NCBI GenBank assembly: GCA_026914245.1 | Contig: CP110439.1 | Coordinates: forward strand, 1,488,001 to 1,552,000 | Length of the DNA stretch: 64,000 bases | Origin: Puccinia triticina | Lineage: Eukaryota | Direction: 5' to 3' | Part shown: positions 28,101 through 40,416 of the stretch, piece after piece | Numbering within the stretch: position 1 is the first letter of the stretch | How the letters are laid out: each line of letters starts with the position of its first letter | Position numbers and translations under genes: made by a program | The notes under the pieces: model-generated | Databases searched by the model: none | Told to the model about the DNA's origin: nothing | Seen by the model: the letters and a program-made list of their open reading frames with translations, nothing else

Positions 28101-29089
28101 GTATTAACATTGGATTCAGAAGCAGTCTCAGAAGCGCTAGAGTATTTGTCGCAACTATCATCAATTTCAATTGCTTTTCGTTTTTTTGATGTCAAGTCGC
28201 CAAGTTTGTGATGGCAAAAGAAATCCTTGTGAATCTGGAGAATTTTGTTGTGGATGTTGATGCCGGTGTGTTTTTCTCGGAACGGTTTGAAGCCAATCGT
28301 GGCAGAAATAGCCTTCCAATCTTTGGAGATGAAATGACAAGTAAGGGAGATGTAAGGGGTTCTGCCAGCTGAGGACCAGATATCGGTCGTGAAAGAGAAA
28401 CACTTGGATTTGTTTTTCAAGAAGCAATACACTACAGGCTTACTATCTGCGTACAGCGCCTTTATTCGCCAAGCAACTGTATGTTCACTGAAGATGGTGA
28501 TCCCTGCGTCGATTCCTTGGATCATCTTGATGAATTTGGGGGTTTTGACTTTTGCGTAAGGGAGCTGGTCTTCGATGATCCAGTGGATGAGATTAGTGTC
28601 AAAGGTGGACTGTCAAGACTTGAGCATTTTCAGCCGGGCTACTACATTAAGTTAGAGCCCAGCTAACTTAAGATACAACAGGTGTTAAGAAGCACACATT
28701 TATTGCGGCGCAGAGCGCCGCGCATAAAATAAATACCATATTCATTATTAGAACACTAAATAGCGGCGCAGAGCGCCGCGCATACTAAAATGAATATATA
28801 ACAAAGTCTTCCCTTAGAAAAATGAGAGACTGTCAAGACTCCAGCCGCAAGCAGCGGCCGGAGAAGAAAAATAAACTATGTTCAAAAACCCGTTCTCAGG
28901 CCAAGAGAACGGGTTTGCTATTCGTCTGAACAGAACAAAGAGATGGTAGAACATTCTACAGGAAACGGCCGGAGGAGAGTAGTAAAAGAAGTGAACTACT
29001 TCTTCTCCACCGGCCAAAGATGAACAACCAATAGAACAACACCAAGAGTGGAACTCTTCCTTGGACCGAGGAAGAGTAATACTTGCCGT

Positions 29090-30441
29090 TGAGTAACAAG
29101 GACAGGAGCAATGCGAGCAATAGAAAGCTCTACCACTCCTGTCCTAACCAATCTTTCCCGCGGCCGAGAAGCCGCGAGGAATTTGAAAATAGAAAGGCGA
29201 CCCCACCGGTATGGAGCTCCGTCCGGTGCTAGGCCGGCGGCAGCGCTGGGAGGGGAAAAGATGCCTAAGAGGCTGCCCTCTTGAGTGGTCTGGAAAAGAG
29301 TCGAGTTTGATCGAGCTGATAGCTGGGGAAGTGGTTTTTGAGGTACGGCGGGGAGTTGATCTTCGCCGGCGGTTTTGTTGGAATGTCTTGGGAAAAGGGA
29401 TCGGGCGCTCGTGCGCAGAATCGGGAAGTATCGGATCGAAAAGAATCAATTGCTGATCGCCTCTGCCTTGGATCAGAACAGAATGCTATGGCCTCCTGTC
29501 CTCCAAGTTTGCCGGGAACTTGGATTCCTGGAGACCTGTCACAAGCATGTCATCATCTCCTCGCGCGCCGTGCGCGCGCACACACCACAGACAACAGAAA
29601 AGAGGAAAGGAAAACACAACACAAAAATGAAACAGAAAACAGACAAATATGTGAGACATGATAAATGGAAGAGAGAGAGAAGAACATAATCCAGAAATAA
29701 GAACCCTGACAGAGAGGAAAGAGGAGGAAGCAGAGCCAGAAGAAACAAAACAAGCAAATCAAACAAAAATAAACCCACAGATAATCTGTGTTAGGACCAA
29801 GAAAGAGAAAGATAAAAAATGAAAAGGAATTGGAAGTGAGAATGAGGAGAGTGGGGGGAAAAGGGGAAACAGAGAATCTGAGGGAATCTTGAGGGTTGGA
29901 CCTTGAAGCTTGAGTCTTGATCTGGAGGATCTTGAGGGCTGATCTTGAAATTTGAAGCTGACTACCGTTTTGACCACCACACCGGTCGCCGCAAGAATAT
30001 ATAAAGGAGACTTTTGAGCGAGTAAAAGCCTCCTCAGATTCATACCAACCACCTCGTCGCCATACCAGCCCCGCCCCCGTCTATCCGACCGGTCGCTTGT
30101 CTGTATTGTTCCGATCTCGGTTTGTTGAGTTGTTTGCCGCCTTCTTCCGCGGACTCTCTTCACAAGTAAGTCCGCCGTTTTCATTTCTTCATCGGGATCT
30201 CTATCCCCTAGCCTGGGAACGTTTATAAGTTCGAAATACACCCTTAGTTGGGCCCCAGAAGTCACAGGTTTTATAAAAACCCCTGCGCATCTCGTGCGCA
30301 GGCCCTGTAAGATCCCCGGAGGGCACTTAAATACCCCAGGCGCTCCTGGCCCCTCCGTTACAACCCTTTTGGGTTTTTCCTAAAAATAACTTTAAGTTAT
30401 TTTCATCCTTCTACCGCGCTTTTATTGCGCCTACCACCACA
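29090..30441. mobile_element. Solo LTR with 4-bp TSD
   Basis: TGAGT...CACCACA; CCGT at 29086-29089 and 30442-30445. Confidence 0.7.
29210..29981 (-). mobile_element. Nested solo LTR (TGTGG family)
   Basis: TATGGAGCTCCGTCCGG...CACCACA, homologous to the start of 14439; TSD CCGG on both sides. Confidence 0.85.
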
Positions 30442-32288
30442 CCGTGCTCTGTCGCCGGTGTAGCTAGAGGAGTATTCATACTCTTGGCATCACCAATCCT
30501 GACAAGCATGATCTTTTCAAGGGGTCCTTTGGCTTTGTATGTTGGTGTTGACTGAGATGGGGTGGGGCTACTAGAAGGTTCAGTGCTGTCTTGGGTATTT
30601 TTGGATGCTTCTAGAGCAAGTTTCCATTCGCCAGGGTGCTTACGAGCTATGTGATTCACAAAATTTGCCTTAGTGGTCTTGTTTGCCACTAGCACATCGC
30701 CGCAGTTCTCAATCAAGCAGGTACATTTTCCTTTTGAATCGGGTGGACCGAAAAAAGAACTGGCTGTTTTGGATTGGTTCACTCCAATTGATTTACGTCT
30801 GTTGACCACTATTTCTTGTGAAGATGAGTGGTTGGATTGCGGACGGGGAGTTGATTGGATTTTTGGTGTAGGATTGTTTTTGCTTGCCATGATTCTGCAG
30901 CTGCTTGAGTAATTGGTAAAGAAAACAAATGATTATCAGTCATTGATCAAGATCTGGCAATCTGCAGGGATTAGAAAAAAAATCCGTTCTTACCGGCAGG
31001 AACCAATGTTGGCCAACAGTCAACGGTCGAAGGTTGTATGTGGTCGGTGGCGGTGGTCTGATGCCTAGGATATGTGATGGTCCGGGTTATGTATATAGTA
31101 TATATTCCGGTGCTGTATAGGGGACCCATGCAAGCCCCTCCAAAGCCCATATAGCCCTGTATGGAAATATGAGAAACTATTCTATTTCATGCGAATATTC
31201 GACATAAAATCTACCCCATCATTATTCAAATCGAATCAAATACAAATACAAATACTCAAATCAATTTGGTTTGAAGTGCTATGGTCTGCTCCGCCTTAAA
31301 TATATTCCAGTGGTTCTTTCTTTGCAAGCAATCTTTCCCAAGGTACCTGGCTATAGAACTCGTTGGTCTAGAAAACTTTAAGCTGAGGAGTTGAATTTTC
31401 TTCTGATATTCAAAATAGAGCTTCTCTGCCTCGGACTTGATTCTGAGGTTGAGGCGATGGAGCTTGATGTGGGTGGATTGAAGCTTACGGAGCTCGTACA
31501 ATGGGAGCTTCTTGAACTTAGCCATTGTTTCCGGAGGGGTGCAAAACATTTCAGAGAGCTTGCCGATGTTGTCCGGTGGCGGGAGTGGTATATCAAAAGA
31601 GGCAAACGTTGGTTCACCATTGTCAGTGTGAGCAATTTGACAATCATCAGAGGTTGTAGGTAGTGCACAATCATCAGGGATATCGTATTCTTCTCTATTT
31701 TCTGTTTGTCTTTGCTTATTTCTTCCTTGTGATTGGGCCGTGTCGGGATCTGGATTAAATCTGGGAATGGTCAAGCCATTGGAAGGTGCTGATTTTGAAA
31801 CATTGATCTGCTGGGCTGGAGCTGAAACAGTTATGGGATCCCAAAGCAACTGATGAGGATTCACACTGGATATTGAGGTCAATGAGTTTCCCTGATACAA
31901 TAAGTTACGCTGTATGACTCAGGGATGGATGGGTAATCAAAGTTCCTTTGAGGGGGAAATAAATTGTATGAATAGGTTGAAAGGCTATTACAATCTACGG
32001 GTGGTTTGAAAGACCTGCCCCTCTAATAGTACTATGCAAATAACCAAGAGTCTTGTAATCAATATTTAAGAAAAATGTGGCAGATTCCAAGATAGCTCTT
32101 ACTTTTATATAGTAATCTCTATCAGACCTAAATATCTAATTCAATGTGTTTTTCAGACCGGTTATAACTAAGGATAATGTGGTTTGTTATGGTGAAGTTC
32201 CTCTACTGTTGTTGATGTTATGAGTTGTACCACTACTTCTACTACTACTACTACTACTACTAATATGCTAATAAGGAGAATGGGTTGT

Positions 32289-32418
32289 TGGTTGGTTGGT
32301 TGGTTGGTTGGTTGGTTGGTTGGTTGGTTGGTTGGTTGGTTGGTTGGTTGGTTGGTTGGTTGGTTGGTTGGTTGGTTGGTTGGTTGGTTGGTTGGTTGGT
32401 TGGTTGGTTGGTTGGTTG
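32289..32418. repeat. (GGTT)n microsatellite, about 32 units
   Basis: Directly visible; flanked by (CTA)n-rich tracts. Confidence 0.97.
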
Positions 32419-33263
32419 TTGATTGTTGGTTCTACTACTGCACTAACACTCTACTGACTGACTGACTCTACGCTACTCAATACTACTACTGCTAAACTAC
32501 TACTAAACTACTACTGTGACCAAACCTCTGTAGGCTGATGATGAAAAAGAGAAATTATGGGGGGGAGAAGAGCTCCTTTTATAATGAAGAGTGAGGGATT
32601 TTAGCTCCAGGGGAATGTGTTTGAGAGAATTTAGCTGCAGGGGATCTCAGTTGCACAGCATATGTACACCTGTACTGCACAGCCACCCAAACAATGAGGG
32701 AATTATGCTGCAGTGACACTATTCGTACACCTTATCTGCCTGCATATATTGCGCTGCCTGATGTCATGTGTTGCTATGTACCCAAGCCACCTTCCATATC
32801 CTTCAGAATATGTTGCTATGTAACCAAGCCACCTTCCATGCACGCTGCACCCAACTAGAATACTCCTCCTTTCCACGATTTGGGGTTCAAAGCCTCTCTC
32901 TGGTCCTCCTTCCTTCCTCCTCCCTCGTCCTCGTATCCACGTCGTGTATTCTTCCGTCCAATCCGCCGCGGTGACCAAAGGGTGTATGTATGTAAATGTT
33001 GTAACTGTTGTGTAAGATTATCTCCTCCTCTTGTAATGGGTTCCACCTGTATGTAACTGTACTATCCCAATACCTTTACATATGTCCTTTTGGCATTGCA
33101 ACAGGCACAGAACACCACAACGCAAGCAGCAGTTTCTATCAGAATAGGTTAGATAGGAGACATTTTGTGTATCGTCAAAGCCACGAGAAGAAGAGATGTG
33201 AAAACTATAAAGCTGCTGAGACCTACAGCCTTGATGGTGTTAGATTATGAATCTGGCAACTCA

Positions 33264-33274
33264 GGCTTCGTAGC

Positions 33275-33306
<32 letters not shown>

Positions 33307-33317
33307 AACCCGGGTTT

Positions 33318-33334
<17 letters not shown>
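33264..33334 (+). pseudogene. tRNA-like relic or tRNA-derived SINE head
   Basis: Acceptor GGCTTCG/TGGAGCC, A box TAGCTTAGTGG, T arm CCGGGTTTGAGTCCTGG, T-rich tail; anticodon stem pairs poorly. Confidence 0.65.
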
Positions 33335-33348
<14 letters not shown>

Positions 33349-36300
33349 GATGGTATTGATATTCGTTGTGTTGACTTTGGTTGGGTTGATGATGTCCACT
33401 TTCAGGGACAGCCGGATTAGACATAAAAAATTGAGCATCATAATGAATATTATAACTATATGCGCCAGATGCCACCAATTAATCCATCGTAGTATCACGG
33501 ATTGGAGGGAGTCCCAATTCATCGTCCCGGAGAGGTCTTGAAATTGTAACTCTGGTGGTGCAGAGACAAGATGAGCTGGAGGTGCAAAAGACGTGTTGTT
33601 TTGTTGTAATGTTTTGCCAAGTAAGGTGCTGCATAGAGCTAGCACAAGTTTGGAGTTCCAGGTGCGGTGCAGACATGATCAGGGACACAGAAATGGAGTT
33701 GAGGGGGGCAGCTGGGATTTGGCAGGCAAACTCCGTGCAGCTCGAGCGGCTCTAAGCCGCCTGCCAATTTGGAGAAGGGTGTCTAAAGGGTGCCTTCCCA
33801 AACATCCGGGAACTCACCCTTTAGATGTCAGCTCTCCAATATCATAGGTGCGCCCTCATGTGAAACATAGGATTGCCATTGACCTGGGCGCCCCAGGGAC
33901 GCCCCCATCTGGCACCCCTATGCCGCCTCGGCAGGGGGGGCGCCCCGCGGGTCCATCATGGTGTTGCCGAGGCTGGCCGCCGGCAGGACGGGGGGTGCCT
34001 TGGGGTGAGTATGGCCCCGGGGTCGCCCGCGAGTCGGCCACATGCCTCCACGGCCGTACCGCCGCCCTGTTGAGGCGTAGGCCCAGAGAGGCCCCATCGG
34101 AGCCTTTGAGCCGGGTCGGGCGAGCCATGAGGGCAGCCCCAAGGGGTGTGGGATGTGGGCAGAGGGCGCTTGCATTCAACAACCCCCAGAAACACCTTGA
34201 AGAGACCCTTGGTTTCACCTCAGAGGTGAGGCAAGGTGAAACTGTAACGCTTCCTTCCCCAGCACTTGGTGAGGTGAAACCATAAACACTTCCTGCCCCA
34301 GCCAAGATCCTCTTCTCATCCAAAACAACCCACTCAGACCCCACTTCACAAATTCACCCGCCCAGGACCACACAATCATCAATCTGCGGCTGAAATGGGC
34401 CCCACTGATGAGCCAGGTATGCTTTTTCTCCACTACTTCAGTTGTTTGTGACACACAGGCTCACATATTCTGTCAGCGGGCTGCTAGTCTGGACAGCGCA
34501 GCAACTGACAAACCTGCTCTAGATAGCGGGTCCAGAGCCTCTACTCAAAGGAGTGCACTTAGCCGCAGCTATTCAGTGACATAGATCTGTAACATGACAA
34601 ATAACATGTCACAGATCAACAAATTGGCGGAGTACAAGTGAGAGGAATTCCTCCAACTCAGATTCCTTAGATTAGATACCACGCCCAACTTGATTGTAGT
34701 TTCAACTGACTCATATACTGCAATTGGGGCTTTCATCTATGTCTTTTCCTTTTATTTCTATTTTGACTTCAACACCTCCGCTTGACCTCGCCGATACCGG
34801 GTAAGTCAAGCTTCCTATTTGTATCTCTCCTTTGTCTAGTTTCCTAGAGAGTTGTGATAGACTCCGGTTGACAAGAAGTTAACAGCCCCTCCTCAAGGAG
34901 GCGTTGTTTCATTCCTCCCGCTGAGCCGGTCAAGTAGAGCTCCGACAAGTACGTCGTGATAGCTGTTATCATACAATTCCATTCAGAGCGCGGTCACTGA
35001 AGAGACACACCCTGACATATTCCTCCTTGTCAAAAGACTAAACCCACAAAGAGAGTGTTAAATACTATGTATTTCCCCAAGCAAGAAAAGGACTGGCACC
35101 AGCATGTCAAAAATGCTGCACACAAGAACAATGTCTAACAGCGCAATGAATTGAGGAGGTCAAGGGTACCCCCTTGGGAGGCTGATCCAACTCAGAAACA
35201 GGACAACTGGCAATTCCATGAAGAAGGCATTGCTCATGAAGATTGTACATGGGCTCACATGATGGCACTGATTGGGGTACTTAACACACAGATGCTTGAA
35301 CCAGAGACAAATGATTCTTGGCCTTTAGAGCCTGGGGTTTAATATTGACAGCAATTCCATTTGACTGATGATTCTTGTATGGAAAACCTCCATAAATCAC
35401 TTTTGCATACTGTTAAAACCCATTCATTAACCTTTCCACATAGGACCTTAAATGAGAGGCAATGGTCATTAATTGGTGTCTATACTTTGCCCCTTCCCAC
35501 ACCAAATGTAAGTCTGACTGATCCACCAATGGATGTGTTAATTTTTTATCTGCTTGCTATCTAGATTGAATTTCTTCGGATCAAAATCCACAATGTTAAC
35601 TGAAGATTACCCTTCCTATCACCTCCATCTGGCCCCTAACCCAAATTTTACTTAAAAGGATTAATAGAATGTGATGGTTCTTGGTCTTCAGGGTTTTAAA
35701 CCCTGCAGCGGTGCAGCCGCCTTGGCCTCTAGTAGTCAACCAAACGCACCTGAACCGGTCATAGCCCCACCAACAAAACCAACACAGCCAACTGTAAATG
35801 AAGGGGGGGAACATCTGGAAGAGATCATTGATAGTCAGCCTAGTAATACAAACCCGGAAAAACTGAAAACCCAATCCAGTACTAGAGAAAAGAAACCGGT
35901 AGATAGATATGGAAAATGGACAGCTTACCTAGCTCTTAAAGCCAAAATTGAAAAATAAAACCAAGACAATATTCATTTCAAAGCAATAGCTATGCAGACA
36001 TTCATAAAAGAAAACACCATTTTACCAGATAGTTTTAATACTGCAAAAAATTCTACTGAAAGGCCAGCCTGGAGGAAAGCCATCTTTGCAGAACTCAACT
36101 TGATAATAGAAAACAGAGTTTTTGAAATTGTACCTAAAGAAAAAGAGACCAAAGCAAGATGTTGATCAATACTCAATGGGTCCTAAACAAGAAATTTGAT
36201 ACTGAAGGCAACTTGAAAAGGTACAAGGCCAGATGTGTAGCAAGGGGATTCAAACAGAAAGAAGGTATAGATTATGAAGAAACATTCTCACCTACTGGTT

Positions 36301-36636
36301 GATTAAGCACAATTCAATATGTACTTTATTATGCAACTCAGAAAAAGATCAAACCGCAACAAGCCGATTTCATAACAGCATACTTAAATTTGAAATTAGA
36401 AGACGGCAAAGCTGTATACATAAGCCTGCCTGAAGGATTTGTGGAGTGGATTAGAGAAACTAAACAAGAAACCTACACAAGAGACTTAGCTAGATCGCTG
36501 ATAGAAGAACCCAAAGCATTTGTGATAAAACTCAAGAAGACACTTTATGGACTAAAACAAGCAGCACAAGGATGGTACACCACAATGAAAAACTGGTTCA
36601 TAAATAATGGGTATTGAATTAGTGATGCCAATCCTT

Positions 36637-37871
36637 GCACTTCAAGGATAATTAAATTTCCCAAAGAAAAATTCTCAAAGTTTGAGGTTGGGAAAATCAT
36701 TGAAAAAAAATCACTCCGTACTGAAAAAAATGCAAACTGAGCGCGCTCAGCCAAAAAATAAAAATGTGTCAGACTGAGTAAAAAGCAATGGGGCACATTT
36801 TTATTTTTTTGGCTGAGCACGCTCAGTTTGCATTTTTTATCAGTACCACCAGGAAAATAAAATAGTCAGTCAATGACAAATGACATCACACCAGCTCCAG
36901 CCAGCTACCCACCATCTATTCAATATCTATCCACCATCTACCCCAATCTCCCAACCATTTCCTCAACTTCCAAAATTTACCAAGGAGGTCCTTTTCAGTT
37001 TTTGATGAGCCCAACTGATCCTCAGTTCTGTCCAGCTGATACTCAGCTTTGGTACCCAGCTCATACTCAGCTCATACTCAGCTTTTTTTCTCAGCTCATA
37101 CTCAGCTCATACTCAGCTTTTTTGCTCAGCTCATATTCAGCTTTTTTGCTCAGCTCATACTCAGCTTTTTCACGCAGCTCAGTCTCAGAATTGAAATGAA
37201 GCCTTTTGAACAGTCCTTGCCCAGGTGATGCTCAGCTTTGTACTAGTCCTGGCGCAGCTGATGCTCAGCTTTGTACCAGTCCTTGCTCAGCCTTTTCCTA
37301 GTTCTGTCCCAGCTGATGCTCAGCTTTGATCCAGTCCTGGGCCAGCTGGCCAGCTGATGCTCAGCTTGCTGAGTATCAGCTGAGCCAGGCCAGGTAAAAA
37401 GATGGGAATCAGCTTGAAAAGGACCAGAGCTGAAAATCAGCTAGGCTAGGGCCAAAGCTGAGCATCAGCTCAGCCACGGCCAAGGCTGAGCATCAGCTGT
37501 GCCAGGGAAAAAGATGATAATCAGGTAGCCGGTGCCAAGCTGAGCATCAGCTGGGCCAGGGCAAAAGCTGAGCATCAGCTGAGCCAGGATAAAAGCTGAG
37601 CATCAGCTGGGCCAGGGCCAAAGCTGAGCATCATCTGGTTTTGTCAAATGGATTGCTTTGATCCTGACACCTGTCATGTGAGCCCTAGATTTGCTGGTGG
37701 AGAGGAGCAGCATTGGAGCAGTGTTGGAGATGAAACCAAAGCTGTGTCATGTCACTTGCCATCAAGTGACTACTTTTTTTTCCTGGTGTACGGAGTGATT
37801 TTTTTTCAATGATTTTCCCAACCTCAAACTTTGAGTATTTTTTTTGGGAAATTTAATTATTGTTGAAGTGC
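36637..37871. mobile_element. Foldback-like non-autonomous TIR element inserted in Copia RT
   Basis: >80-bp TIRs GCACTTCAA..ATAATTAAATTTCCCAAA; internal GCTGATGCTCAGCTTT modules mirrored by AAAGCTGAGCATCAGC. Confidence 0.85.
36721..36843. mobile_element. Nested Tc1/mariner-type MITE
   Basis: ~50-bp inverted arms CTGAAAAAAATGCAAACTGAGCG; TA on both sides; absent from the right arm of the host element. Confidence 0.75.
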
Positions 37872-38995
37872 CTGTCTAATGATTTCAGATCAGGGTGACT
37901 TGGCATTTGCGTGGGTTGACAATCTGATACTGGTAGGAGACAATACCAACAAACTGATCAATAAACTAGGAAAAGAATTCAAGATAAAAGACCTAGGTAT
38001 TGCTCAACAAATTCTTGGAATGAAGATTGACTATCTTGGTGGGAATAAAATGTTTTTGAATCAAGGACATTACATAAAGAATCTAGTAGAAGAGTACGGA
38101 CTTGAAGACGGAAAAAAAAAACCGGGACCCCTATGCAGTCAAACATTAAGCTTATCAAATCCACATCCAAAGAAGCAGCACAATTTAAATTGAGAGGGCT
38201 TGATTGCAGATCTGCAATTGGGTCACTCAACTATTTATCATGTACAGTGCACAAGACCAGATATAACCTATGCAGTTGGGAAACTTTCTCAATTCCTCAT
38301 AAGCCCAAACGAAATCCATTGGACCGCATTCAAGAGAGTAGTTAGATATCTAAAAGGATCCCAAGATTGGGGTATATTATACCATCCCAAGGGCGGAGAC
38401 GAAGTCATTGGATATGTTGACTCCAGTTGGGCTGAAGACAAACAGAGTATTTCAACAAGCGGATACAGCTTTAGTTGTGGCAGCGGACTTGTCTTGTGGC
38501 GTAGCAAGGAATTAGGGGCTCCAAGTTCATCGTCCACAGAAGCCAAATATCAAGTGTATTTATTGGCATCCCAAGAGGCGCAATGGCTTTGTAAGCTTAC
38601 GTTTGACGTACACAGGAATGTGCCTGAAAAAACAAAGATTTGGTCAGATAATCAAGGGGAAATCCAATTAGCAAAGAACCCAGTGTTTCATTCTAGGACT
38701 AAGAACATTGGAGTGCATTACAACTTCAAAGATCTGGTAGCAAATAAAGAAATCCAAATTGAGTACGTACCAACTGAAAACATGATAGCCAATATCTTCA
38801 CAAAAGCCTTGGACCGAGAGAAGCACACCAAGTTTTCATCAATGATGGGACTACTGCCGTTATCAATGATTGAGCCAAGATTAAGGGGGTGTGTTGAGAA
38901 ATGGACATCGGCCAGTTTATGTGTACCCTTGACTCAACCATCTCAAGATATTTCACAGAAAGCAGATGTCATTTGGTCATCCAAGCTCAACATTA

Positions 38996-40140
38996 GGGGG
39001 TTTCAAACATGTTTCATGTCAGCCTGTGTGTAACTAACTGTGTCTGAGAGGGTTGTTACTATCAAGATGATGGTGTAAGATGCCAAGGATGGGCCAATGG
39101 GTTCGTGGTAAGACCTGTAAAAGGTTTCACTCTATCAGTAATGTTGACTGAGAGGCTTGCTCAATTAAGGCGCATCCAGATCAACACAGGGTGTTAATAG
39201 GCATCCAAGGAATAACTCAACTTGGGTTTGTGGTTTTACCTACAGAAAGGTAAGGGTAATCAAGAGTTGAGAGTATTCCTGAATTGAATGATGGGTGAGA
39301 ATGAAAGCACTGTTTAACTATAGTATGGGTCAAACTTTGCTGTAATAATATTCTGAGGGATAAACAGTCCTAGGGGGCGTGTTTATATAGAGGGGAAAAG
39401 AGCAGGAGGGAACATGAGGCGCTTGGAGGCGCTTCAGGACTAGGGGGGAACTGGAAGCGCTCAAAGGAAGCAGATCCTCATGAGGATCAACATTGGAAAT
39501 GATCAGGGCAGTGTAATGATCAGTACTGATCCTAGATCAGTAGCTGTGCACACTAGCTGATCACAACCAATCAGTGATTCCATTCAGTGCTCTTTGAATT
39601 GGATTACATCATGTATTGTTTATGTATTTATATCATAACCAATATATTATGTAAATGGGTACTGAGGCGTAATGAGTGATACCTGTCTTGGGTATTTCAC
39701 GTGTACAGTAATATTACAATGTATTGTAATCTTACTGTTGCACGTAACTTAACTCTCATAACAACAGTACATTATGGTAACTGTATTTAACTATGGTTAT
39801 CTGTAATGTAATGTATAACAGGAGTACATTCTTAAGCTTGTATCTAATGATATACATATGTAATAAAGGTGTAAAAGGAATGTACTATATGTAATGTGAA
39901 CAATTGCAGGTACTTGGTACGTGTAAGGTACTGTGACATGTACTCTGTGGCTGACATTGCAGGTCCCAGTCCAGGAAACCCAATCCAGGAAAACAAAGTT
40001 CCTGCACAAAGAATTTTGAAATTATTTCTGCATGTTTTTTGGGTAAAATTGGGTCCATGTATGCAGGGTGTCTTGCAGCTGCACCAATTTCCTGAATTTG
40101 GGGTTCCTGAAACAGGACCTGCACCATGTTTGAAACCCCC
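38996..40140. mobile_element. MITE interrupted by a solo LTR
   Basis: TIR GGGGGTTTCAAACATG(T/G)TGCAGGTCC restored after removing the LTR; TA flanks. Confidence 0.7.
39017..39956 (-). mobile_element. Solo LTR of the chromovirus family at 60325+
   Basis: TGTCAGCC...GGCTGACA; highly similar to 60325-61275; flanks TTTCA/TTGCA. Confidence 0.9.
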
Positions 40141-40318
40141 TATTGATGATCCCTGATTACCCAATTTACAGGCCATAGAGAATGCCGAGCATGCTCTAAT
40201 GGCATTAAGTCAACGAAGAAAGCAGAACAACAAACGCAAAATAGTGAAGCAAAACAAATGCTCCAGCAAAGATTTAGCCGAGCTTATAGATGCAAATGCA
40301 GAAAAGATAGTGATCAAT

Positions 40319-40416
40319 GTGAAGGCAGCATTCAGAGTGAAGGCAGAATTCAGAGTGAAGGCAGCATTCAGAGTGAATGCAGCATTCAGAGTGAAGGCAG
40401 CATTCAGAGTGAATGC
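40319..40416. repeat. 18-bp tandem repeat, ~5 copies
   Basis: Unit GTGAAGGCAGCATTCAGA. Confidence 0.9.

Larger units (their letters stand above)
28613..30458. mobile_element. Unclassified hairpin-rich insert in the transposase, itself carrying nested LTRs
   Basis: Removal gives in-frame MNTPLAT/QSTFDTNLIHW; no clear TSD; GACTGTCAAGACT occurs at 28608 and 28828. Confidence 0.6.
26599..30890 (-). pseudogene. hAT transposase (BED finger, DDE core, C-terminal dimerisation domain), interrupted at ~28613-30458
   Basis: CLIENC..NHIARKH; WIIEDQLPY; FTTDIWSS; ITLDNASNN; VLDPRFK; LAIPASSAVSERVFS; several stops. Confidence 0.92.
26286..31288 (-). mobile_element. hAT DNA transposon with both ends intact
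   Basis: 13-bp perfect TIR CAGACCATAGCAC; perfect 8-bp TSD CTCCGCCT (26278-26285, 31289-31296). Confidence 0.95.
25365..31900 (-). pseudogene. Uncharacterised multi-exon gene disrupted by the hAT insertion
   Basis: ORF 31900-31289 (..NHWNIFKAE) continues across the TSD as NPKSKETFKD followed by a GTAAGT donor near 26246; further coding blocks at 26161-25967 and 25919-25365. Confidence 0.6.
35900..38891 (+). pseudogene. Degenerate Ty1/Copia RT-RNase H
   Basis: [71 protein letters not shown] then TGTTG near 38892; multiple stops. Confidence 0.85.

Noticed and set aside
32220..32465. ORF with LVGW repeats / telomere-like tract
   Set aside because: Translation of a (GGTT)n microsatellite; not TTAGGG.
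32846..33119. Additional solo LTR with ACGC TSD
   Set aside because: TG..CA and ACGC flanks are present, but there is no homology to other LTRs in the window; may be chance.
34588..34970. 5' LTR of the degenerate Copia
   Set aside because: Does not match the sequence after the PPT at 38892, and no TSD was found.
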